A stretch of 57,395 bases of DNA, the filler included, from Jimgerdemannia flammicorona (taxonomy: Eukaryota), in NCBI GenBank assembly GCA_003990765.1. It is 2 parts of 2 records of this genome, joined end to end, with 100 filler letters (N's around TTAATTAATTAA, not from the genome) between each part and the next. Parts side by side here need not be neighbours in the genome. Positions count along the whole stretch, not along the records: positions 28,754 to 57,395 come from RBNJ01000547.1; 1 more part is not named here. One strand, 5' to 3'. The notes below the pieces were generated by a model. It did no database searches. It was not told the DNA's origin and worked only from the letters and a program-made list of their open reading frames with translations. Below are positions 47,761 to 57,395 of this stretch, in pieces (positions within the stretch are counted from its first letter, which is position 1; each line of letters starts with the position of its first letter). A program made the translations under genes and the position numbers.

Positions 47761-50700
47761 AAAGTTGCAAACATAGCTGAGAACTGAGCCAATTCAATGC
47801 TCATTTTTAAAGATCCAGTCAAGAGACAAGAACTAGATGTTCTCATAGACAGTGGAGCTGTTGGGAACTTCATCAACAAGAACCTTATCGACAAGCTCAA
47901 GATTCTCACCAAACCAGCTAGCAAGAATGGTGGAGTTGTCACTGCAGATGGCACCATCTTACCAATTGACTCAATTGCCACTAAACTTCCCCTCAAGATC
48001 CAGAAGTATTGGGAACATTTAGATTTCAAGGTAGCACCACTAGGAGACCATGACCTGATCCTAGGCAAACCCTGGCTTATACAGCACAACCCTCAGATTG
48101 ATTGGACCAAGAATGAAGTCACCTTGATTCAAGATGGAGCCAACATTACCATCAAGCCAGACAAGACTCAGACAAGAACCCCAATTGCTATCCTTTCAGC
48201 AATTCAGTTCAAGAAGGCCCTCAAGAAAGCTATCTGTACCTTTGTGGCACTGATCTGACTAAAGAAAGAAGACAAGAAGCTATTAATTAGTGAAAGCATC
48301 AAGTTACTGCTGAATAAGTACAAGGATGTCTTCCCAGACAAACTACCTGGTCTACTACCTTCAAGAGACCATGACCATGAAATCAAGTTGATACCTGATG
48401 CAGCTATACCTAAGAAGAAAATGTACCACATGTCTCTACTCGAGATTGAAGCAGTCAAGAAAGAACTCAATAAACTCATTGAGCGAGAAGCCATTCAATC
48501 AAGCAAGTTACTCTTTGGCTCCCCAGTCCTATTTGTCAAGAAAAAGGATGATACTCTGTGAATGTGCATAGACTATCATGCACTCAACAAGATCACAGTC
48601 AAGAACCATTATCCACTACTGCTCATAGATTAAATCTTTGATGCTCTCAAGAATGCCAAGTACTTCACCAAGATTGATCTCACCTCTGGGTATCACCAAA
48701 TTCAAATCAAGCCAGAAGACATACCCAAGACTGCCTTTATGACACCCTTTGGACTCTATGAGTTTCTAGTCATGACCTTTGGTCTCACCAATGTGCCAGC
48801 AACCTTTCAAGACTTCATACAAACTGTCTTCAAGAATCAGCTCTATATCTTTGTATTTGTATACATTGATGACATTCTGATCTTCAGCAGTACTGAAGAA
48901 GAACACCTCAAGCACATTGAATAAGTCCTCAAGATCCTCCATGAGAACAAGCTCTATGCAAAGCTCAAGAAATGTGAATTTTTCAAGGATTAAGTCAAAT
49001 ACCTTGGACACATTGTATCAGCTAAAGGAATTCAAGTAGACCTAAGGAAAATACAAGCCATTGAACAGTGGTCTGTACCAGCAAACCTCACTGAACTCAG
49101 GTCCTTCCTTGGTCTGGCTGGATACTACCGTCGATTTGTCAAGAACTTCTCTAGTATCGCAGAATCTTTGACAAACCTCCTGCAAAAGGAACCCAACTCT
49201 GACCTCTATGTCCCCTACATCTGGGATGCCTTCTGTCAACAAGCCTTTCAAGAACTCAAGAACTGCCTGACCCATGCACCTGTCCTTAGAAACATGGACC
49301 CAAACTTGAAGTTCATGGTTACTACAGATGCATCTAACTTTGCCATTGGTGCAGTCATTTCTCAAGACAATGGTCAAGGACACCAACCTATTGCCTTTGA
49401 GTCAAGAAAATTGTCCCCAGCAGAACAAAAGCTGGCTACTCATGAAAAGGAACTCCTGGCAATCATACATGCCCTCAAGACCTGGTGATACTATCTAGAA
49501 GGAGTTGAGTTCGACATGATCACTGATCACAGATCCCTTCAGTACATCAACACTCAACTAACCCTTTCTTGCCAACAAGCCAAGTAGAGTCAACTACTTC
49601 AGACTTTTACCCCAAATATCATCTACAAGCCTGGTAAAACTCTAGTTGTACCAGATGCACTCTCAAGGAGACCTGACCTTGCTGCGATTTTACAAGTCAC
49701 TGTGGCATCTGAATTCCTCAACCAGATCAAGAAGGCATATGAACAAGACTCTCTGGTTCTACAAAGGAACACTAAGGAATTCAAGGAAAAGTACACCATC
49801 AAGGACAATCTTGTGTACTATCAAGACAAAGTATATATTCCTGTCAACTCTAAACTACAGTACAAGATTCTTCATGAACACCATGACTCCCCACTAGCTG
49901 GCCACCTTGGAACTGAGAAGACCATCAAGAATATCCAATGAGACTACTACTGGCCAAACATGCTCAAGGAAATCAAGGAGTATGTCCAAAGCTGCGATCT
50001 TTGCCAAAGAAACAAGTCAAGCAACTAAGTACCTACTGGTCTTCTATAACTCTTGCCAATTCTGACCAAGAAGTTCGAACAAGTCACAATGGACTTCATT
50101 GTGCAACTCCCATGAACCAAAACAGGCTATGATGCTATTGTTGTATTTGTGGACCATCTCACTAAGATTACAATTACCAAGCCAACTACAACCAATGCTA
50201 CTACCCCAGAAATTGCAAGAATCTTCTTCAAGACTGTCTTCCACCATTATGGACTTCCCTAAGTAATTATTAGCGACTGCAACCCCAAATTCACAAGTCA
50301 CTTCTGGCAAGCACTCTTCAAGACCCTTAGAACCCAAATTGCTATGTCTACTGCCTTCCATCCTCAAACTGATAGACAGACAGAGCAAATGAACAGAATA
50401 CTTGAACAAATACTCAGAAACTATGTGTCTTATGAGCAAGATGATTGGGACCACTATCTGACCTATGCCAAGTTTGCCTACAATAATGCCAACCAATCAT
50501 CAACTGGTCTTTCCCCATTTCAGCTACTTCATGGTCAAAACCCTGAGACCCCTATAAGTCTAGTCCAATTCCAGCAATCCAGTCACACACAAGTCCCCAC
50601 AGCCCAGAACCTTATCAACAAAATAGATTCTCTTCTCAAGATCGCCACTACAAACCTGCAAAAGGCTCAGCAATATCAAGCTAAGTATGCAGATAAGAAG

Positions 50701-51456
50701 TGGCAAGATATCATATACAATATTGGTGATATGGTTCTACTCAAAGCTGATAATATCAAGGCTCAATCTCAAGTCAACCACCAGTTAGCCAAATTCCAGC
50801 CCAAGTACCTTGGTCCCTTCGAGATCACCAAGCAAGTCTCTACCTGGTCTTACCATCTCAACTTGCCAACAACCATATGTATATACCCAGTATTCCATGT
50901 GTCACAACTCAAGGCCTGGAACCAGTCACCTCCATACCCTGGCTGAATTCGGACACCATCAGCACCAGTCATAGTTGAAGACCACATCAAGTATGAAGTC
51001 AAGAAAATCTTAAACAAATGAGTCTGATACTGTCACACAGAATACCTAGTCAAGTAGATGAGTTATCCTGAATATGATGCTACCTGGGAACCTGCTGCCA
51101 ATCTCAAGAACTTCCAAGACCTCATCCAAGAGTTTGAGCAAAAAGGAACTCATTGACTGCCCATGAGGTTCTCCTCTTGGATAGTAGATGACCTATTGTA
51201 CTGATCAGGCACATTACGCATTGGGGCTCTCTAAGGGATACAGCATCAGAAACAAGAGATACAGGAGAACCCTATAAATTCTACAACCAACAAGGTTTAA
51301 ACCAGTTCTCATCTGATCAAGATGATACTTTGGCCCTCATCTTATACAAGGATGGCTAATCCTTGCCAATGAGTTAGTATATTTAATTTGAAGTTTCTTT
51401 TAGTCTTATTGTTTATTATGTGTAACTTTGAGAATTCAATGAGGACATTGATTCTT

Positions 51457-51469
51457 AAGGAGGGGGAGA
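51457..51469 (+). promoter_or_regulatory. polypurine tract
   Basis: AAGGAGGGGGAGA directly before the 3' LTR. Confidence 0.85.
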
Positions 51470-51871
51470 TGAAACATTTTAGCATAGTTTATTTCTTTTC
51501 TTTGTCTTTCTTCAATATTCTACAACCTTCCAGTACTTTCCAAATGCTTAGAAATCCTTTTTTGGCACCAAGCATCCTCTAATACTTATTTAGCTAGTCA
51601 CTGATTGTCCTGGAAACTTGTAGAACTTTATTTGTCATTATTATCATCTTTGCTGAGAACTTTCCTCTTGGCATTTTCCTTTGATTTCTCAGATCCTTTC
51701 AGATCATTCTTTCAGATCTTGTATAAATATCCCCTTTGTTCTTATGAATAAAGCCTTAGAATATTTTCTCTCAGAAATCCTTTAAGAACACTTGAATCCT
51801 TAGTATCTCTTCGAGCTACTTAGGACTACCAGAATTAGTCACTTCCTCATTTAGAAACTAGAACCATTACA

Positions 51872-54800
51872 ATGAGTACTGCTCCAAGAGCTAGGTCAGA
51901 GGCATCAGTAGTGACTTCATATGGTAGGGTAAAATTTGCTGCTTGATGTATCTTGTTCGGGTCCCCAATTTACCAGATTATTGAAGTCTTTCTCTTATTT
52001 CATGATCCAGAGCTGTTTTCCTTTCTTGTTGTACTTGGTCATTTAGGTGAGGGCAGTGGTGATTTTGGCAAAGTTAGTAACAAATTACCTGTAATAGTTT
52101 GCTAATCCCAGGAATGACTAGAGGTCTTTCAGCTTCTTGGGTCTGGGCTAATCTTTGATTGCAGAGATTTTGCTGGGGTCTACCTTAATTCCATTTGGCA
52201 TGATAATATGTCCAAGGAATTAGATTTCTTTCAGGAGAAATTTACACTTACTGAGTTTTGCAAAGAGTCAGTTTTCTTAGAGTTTCAGTAGTACTAGTTC
52301 AAGGTATTCAAGATGTTCCTCCAGAGTTTTGCTGAAGACTAGGATGTCATCAATGTAGACAATAACAAATTTGTCTAGGTATAGATGCAGGATGTTATTC
52401 ATCAGTATCTAGAAGGTTGTTAGAGTATTGATTAAGCCAAAAGACATAATTAGAAACTTGAAGTGTCTATAGTGAGTTCAGAAGGCTGTCTTGTAAATAT
52501 CTTCTTCTTTCATGGCAATTTGCCAGTAACCATTCCACAGATCAAAAGAGCTTATAAATTGTGGGTTGGTGAGCCTATCAAATATTTCATTGATTCTGGG
52601 TAGTGGGTAACAGTTCTTGATGGTCTGTTCATTGAGGTCACAGTAATCAATGCATATTCACAGGTCTCCTCCTTTCTTAACAATAAAGAGGACTGGTGTA
52701 CCATAGGGTGATATACTGGGTCTGATGAATCCTTGTTCTAGGAGTTCATCAATTTCTTTCTTAAGTGCATTGATTTCTCTTGGTGATATGTGGTAGATTG
52801 ACTTGAAGACTGGCTTGGCATCTGGAATAGTCTTGATGATATGGTCTACTGCTTGTTTAGGAGGTAGGTCTTTCAGAAGCTTCTTTAGAAATATATCTTG
52901 AAATTTCTGGAGTAGTGGTCTGATACAACTGTTGACTTTGGAAAAGTCTTTCTCAGAGTTCTCAAGTTCTCCTTTGGATGGGCAGATGGAGATGGTAAAG
53001 AGAGAGTATTTCTTGGCCAATTTCTTGAGCTATAGCTTGTTTATATAGGTGATCTTTGGTCCAGAGTTACTAGAGCTAAGTGGGTCCTTTTCACCTTGCA
53101 GTTTAAAGTTGTGGCATCCTTTCTTGATGATCAGAGAATGGTTTACCCAATCGATCATAGAGTTCTCTTTTTTTAACCATGGAGTCCCAAGGATGATTTC
53201 ATTGTCTGGAAGTAGTATGATCTGGAGGATAATATGTACTTGGTAGTCACCAATTCGGAAGAGTAGATTGTGGACTTCCTTGCTAATGATATAGGAGGTC
53301 CCATCAGCTGTGGCAACTGCTTGAGTTTGTTGTACTGGAGAGGTGAAGACCTTGAGTCTGCTGGCTGTTTCTTCATTGATGAAGTTGCCTGAGACACCAC
53401 TGTCTATCATAATCTTGACAGGTGCTCAGTTGACAAAAGCTTGAAGTGTAAGCAGTTTGTCTGATCCAATAGTGGTGATTTCAGTTGTAGGAGTTTTTCT
53501 TCTGTTAGTTCTTCTTTGAGCCAGTTCATTGATATAAGAGAAGCAATTATCAATCATTTGGGAAGAGTACATTCTAATACCATGAGAATATCAGCCACTT
53601 GATACATATCTATCTTCAATTTTCTTGTAGAATTATTCTTTTTTGTTCATGATAGGTTGGACTGGGGCCTTGTTTGATGAGCCAAATTCTTTGGATCCTC
53701 AGATGGTGGGCAGTAGTTCAGGGACTTCCTTGACTGTCAGAGTTGACTTAATTTTTTCAAATAGGATCTGGGCAATGCAGAAATCAATGGGAATCTTGAA
53801 GGGTATCCAACTGTAGTTTTGGATGAGGACAATAATTTCACCTGTATAATCCTCATCAATGACTCCTCCTTCTACTGAGAGTCCTTTCAATGCTAGGCTG
53901 CTGTGACAGTATATTCTTTCAACATATCCTTTAGGGATTTGGATACTGATTCCTATGTAGACTTGCTTGACTTCTTGGTTGGAAACTATAGCTTCTTTGG
54001 CTGTATACAGATCATATCTAGCTACTTTTTGACTTCCTTTGGTTGGGGCCTTGGCAGTTTATCTTAACTTGACAAAGTCTAGTATTCTGGTAATCAGGTT
54101 GTTGAGGTAGTGCAAGGTAGTAACAGTTGCTCATGTTGCTGTTCAGGGTTTTCAGTTGGGGCAGGCACTGGTCATATGTCCTGTCTTTTGGCAATAGAAA
54201 TATGCTCTACTTCTTCGAAGTTCATTTCTTTCTCCTTCAGTGAGTTTCTTGAAGGTACTCGGCTAGATGAGTTCATGATTTCTGGATGTCTAAGAGGTGG
54301 ATGTGGAGGGAGCTCAGAATGCTTCATGCTTGGGTTCTTCTTTCTTAGTCTAATTTTTTTTCTTATTATTGAATTGTCTTCAAGACAGAATTGGTCCAGC
54401 TGTTAGGATTTGCTTGACCATAGTCTTGATTCTTGCCAAGCACCATTGTTGGTGATCACAACCAACTGGGTGGCCTTGTTCATGGATTTTTCTAGTAAGC
54501 CATTCAGGTAGGGCATCAAATAAATGGTCTGCTCTTGTATCATTTCATGCTTCATCATTGGCAATATATCCTAGGCCAATAGTGTTCAGGAGTGACTTGA
54601 GTTTTGTATAGAAGGTTTTGAATTCTTCCTTACCATGTATATTAAATTTGAGATTGCAGAGTTTTACTTGAGATTCAGCAATCATAGTTTCACTATAATA
54701 TTGGGCAATCATGAGTTATTTGAGTCCAGGGGCTGTAGGATGGACTCCATATCCTGGGGCATTATTTGCTACATTCTGAGCAACTACTGCAGATCAGGTA

Positions 54801-55294
54801 TCCTATGTAAGGGGTTTTTCAGAAAGGGTTTGTCACTATTCTTCAGCTAGTCTTTGAAAGAATGTAATAACTTGGTGGACATAAGCTGTAGTTATAGCAA
54901 AGAGTTGTTTTAGAGTGTAGTCTTGATTATTTGTCAGAAGGCAGTCAGCAACTCGCTCATTGATCCATTAATTGGCTTTGAAGTTGGTATCAACTACACT
55001 AATGAAGCTTTGGACTTCCTGTGCAGTACCATTGAAGATAGGTAGGCTCAGATTTTTTGTTGGTCAGATCTGTTCAGCTAAGACGTAATAGTTGCTATCT
55101 GGACTATGAGGTCTAGAATCTATTGGTTCACCATGTTGTTTACTAGAGGTGATTGGACTGCTAGTAGTGGTGTTACTAGTACTACTTGGGGTACTGGTGC
55201 AGAGTGTGATAGGGTTCTTTAGGTCTGTATAAGTTGCTGGAGTAATAGTTATAGGTCTGGAGTAAGGGCTCAATAGATAGCTATTTGTTGCTGT
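51872..55294 (-). mobile_element. older Ty3/gypsy element (gag, dUTPase, PR, RT, start of RNase H), interrupted by two younger LTR elements
   Basis: MIDSGVSGNFI, IILGTPWL, SPYGTPVLFIVKK, YIDD, DASD; gag-like PIFNGT motif near 55030. Confidence 0.9.
53675..54080 (-). pseudogene. dut: second dUTPase domain, upstream of the protease
   Basis: ARYDLY, HSSLALKG, GGVIDEDYTGEI, CIAQIL, *GSKEFGSS. Confidence 0.88.
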
Positions 55295-55535
55295 TGTAAC
55301 GGTGACCCCAGAATGATGACATCAGCACAGGAGACAGCCTTTCCTTACAAGCCACCAGATCAGAGTACAAGAAGATCATACGGCATGCGAGATGGGCAAC
55401 AATGACCAACTGTGAGTCATTGTGACCACAGCACAAGCATCCTGAAGAATATAAAAGAAGGATCAAGGAACCGCAGTAGCAGCAACCAATAAGAACCCCA
55501 ATCCCAAAATAGCTCAAAGACTTACCACAAACAAA

Positions 55536-56372
55536 ATGCCTGCTATCCGCCAAACCTCAAGGTCAAGGAATCATCAAGGTATCTCGGTCGAGAAAAGGAT
55601 GTTTCAAGACATCAGAAGAGCCATGAGGACCTGCTCAAGAAGGACTCCTAGTGTCAACCTGGGTACTGCAGACCCTTATCACTTTATCCTCTACTGCCGT
55701 GAAATGGAAACAAGGATCACCATTGCCACCGAATACCTCCAAATATGGCAGGAGTACGAAATAGGAAACCTCCTCTGCTGGGAGTTCCCACAGGCCAGCC
55801 CTCAAGAGCTACAAGATACTACCCCCATAGACCTACGTGAGGCAAGGACAGCAAAGAAGATCCATCAGATCTTCAGGCATGCACCATGGTCAATCCCCAA
55901 CTTGGAGTATATTAGAGTCTCAGACTTCAGAGACCTGTCATCCCGCCGAATCAATGCACTAGAAGCCAGGGTGGCTACAGAAGCCCAGTCCACTATCACC
56001 CTCAACAGCGAAGAAGTAGAAGACTTCTGGCACTCTATCCTTCAGGACAACTCAGACCAGTTCCTGCAAGGGTTGATCTCAGTATTCTAAGGCCCAAGCA
56101 TCCAGGTCAGACCTCCCCAGGACCCCACATTTGTCCCTTACTTTGTGGAAGAGAACCTCATAGACTGGAGAGCTCCAGATCTTGTCCCTGATTTCCCCGC
56201 CGAATGTGATGACGTCATCGGCGATGACGTCATCCCACGCGACATACCCGAAGCACGCGAACCGCGTGACGAAGTACACGAAACGCGCGACCTGCATGAA
56301 GAGTTCGCAGATCTCATCTCCTTCAGTGATGATGATGATGAAGCTCCCATGATCCTGAACTTTCTGCTCTAA
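55536..56372 (+). pseudogene. LTR-embedded accessory ORF, family A, copy 2 (278 codons, one CAA->TAA at 56088)
   Basis: Near-identical protein to 28818-29651. Confidence 0.85.
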
Positions 56373-56382
56373 AAAGTTCTTT

Positions 56383-56510
56383 GTTACACTGGATAATGCC
56401 AGCACCAGTATTCTCATGTAACACTGGATAATGCCAGCACCGGTATTCTGAGGTGACGCAAAATTGTTCCAGCACCGGCATTTTGATGTGATACTAAATA
56501 ATGCCAGCCT
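56383..56510 (+). repeat. ~34-bp enhancer-like tandem repeats in U3
   Basis: ACACTGGATAATGCCAGCACCRGTATTCT x2 plus degenerate copies; also present at 28754-28807. Confidence 0.75.
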
Positions 56511-56941
56511 TGGAACTTAGTAGTTTTAGTTATTGGAATTTATATTTAGCTTTATACCTTAGCAACTATTGAATTATATTTTGTATAAATACCTCTCTTA
56601 TTTCCTCTGTAATAAAGTCAGTTCTATCCAGTTCACTTACATACTTCCTTGCAAGCAATCTAAGAGATAACAAGATAGTTAAAGATAAGAAGTTTGAGGA
56701 CTATAAGACCTTGGGAAGGCACTCCAATAAGAACTTACTTATAACAACTTGAGTTAGTCTAAGAGATACACCTTGAAGAGAATCTGGCGTATTTGAAGGA
56801 CTCAGCGACCACTACGTGACAACTTAGTGCCCATTGGCTGGTGATTCAAGACGAATCTCTTACTTTCAAGCTGAAAAACGAACAACCCCCACAACAACTA
56901 CTCTGACTACAAGAGTCACCCCTGCAAGAATTCAAGACAAG

Positions 56942-57395
56942 ATGGAAATGCGTCCCCCCACATTCTATGGATATACTACTGAAGAGTCAATCCTGACCTT
57001 CATCGAAGACTTTGAACAATTTGCCGCCGTACGAGCCATTGGTGTGGATGCTCAATTGGCCCTTCTATCAGTCAGCCTCAGAGGACCTGCCAGAGACAAG
57101 TTCAATACAGCCACCATTGCTGATGCTGGTGCAGCCAGACTTGCCAATATGAAGGCCTTCCTCAGAACAACATATTATACCGAAGAGATCAAGCAAGCTC
57201 TCAAGGATCAACTCAATACTATCTGCCAGGGACTTAGTGAAGATCCCAACTCATTCTATACCCGAATCTGCCACCAGATTGTCTTGGCTGGCTATGATGA
57301 CCGCCTCAAGGAACAAATAGCGGATTCAACCTTCCTCAAAGGAGTTCACCCTGAAATTGCCCTAGCAATCCGGTCTACCCCAGCTGCACTGACCC
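56942..57395 (+). CDS. retrotransposon Gag, N-terminal part (runs off the window)
   Basis: MEMRPPTFYG...FIEDFE...SLRGPARDKF...LNTICQGLSEDPNSFYTRI...FLKGVHPEI; open to the window end. Confidence 0.85.
   Translation, partial: MEMRPPTFYGYTTEESILTFIEDFEQFAAVRAIGVDAQLALLSVSLRGPARDKFNTATIADAGAARLANMKAFLRTTYYTEEIKQALKDQLNTICQGLSEDPNSFYTRICHQIVLAGYDDRLKEQIADSTFLKGVHPEIALAIRSTPAALT

Larger units (their letters stand above)
45836..51871 (+). mobile_element. full-length Ty3/gypsy chromovirus with dUTPase; 402-bp LTRs, 5-bp TSD ATGAG
   Basis: LTRs 45836-46237 and 51470-51871; ATGAG at 45831-45835 and 51872-51876; gag(CCHC)-dUTPase-PR(LIDSGA)-RT(YIDD)-RH-IN-chromo in one frame with many nonsense codons. 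Confidence 0.97.
55295..56821 (+). mobile_element. 5' LTR (~1.53 kb) of a younger gypsy element, containing an ORF
   Basis: TGTAAC...GTGACA termini; GTATAAATACC 56583 and AATAAA 56611; PBS-like TTAGTGCCCATTGG and gag follow. Confidence 0.8.

Overview
Eukaryotic, almost certainly fungal, heterochromatin-like window made mostly of nested, C->T/G->A-decayed transposons. Short GT-AG introns, chromoviruses and a bacterial-looking insert suggest an early-diverging Mucoromycota host; this is inference. Only two intact host genes are seen, both in CpG-rich islands: a 290-aa protein with a CsbD-like C-terminus (33212-34084) and a 3-exon GT8 glycosyltransferase (42432-43443). Mobile elements: an intron-containing hAT transposase, five L1/Tx1-type LINE copies (one nested in another with a TSD), two 1.2-kb poly(A) retroposons, a Sola-like transposase, a Tc1 element, and several Ty3/gypsy elements (two with chromodomains, two with dUTPase). 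Three things stand out. (1) A spliced TET/JBP-like HxD...H dioxygenase pseudogene (~2028-3460), missed by the ORF track, that appears to lie inside a hAT-like DNA transposon and lacks the usual 2-oxoglutarate-binding Arg. (2) A conserved ~277-aa accessory ORF inside the U3 of the LTRs of two divergent gypsy families (3 copies). (3) An intronless, operon-like AT-rich block (12500-14135) resembling genes of Mollicutes-related endobacteria. The N-run with TTAATTAATTAA at 28654-28753 is probably an artificial contig join. All protein family calls are by motif recognition, without database searches.
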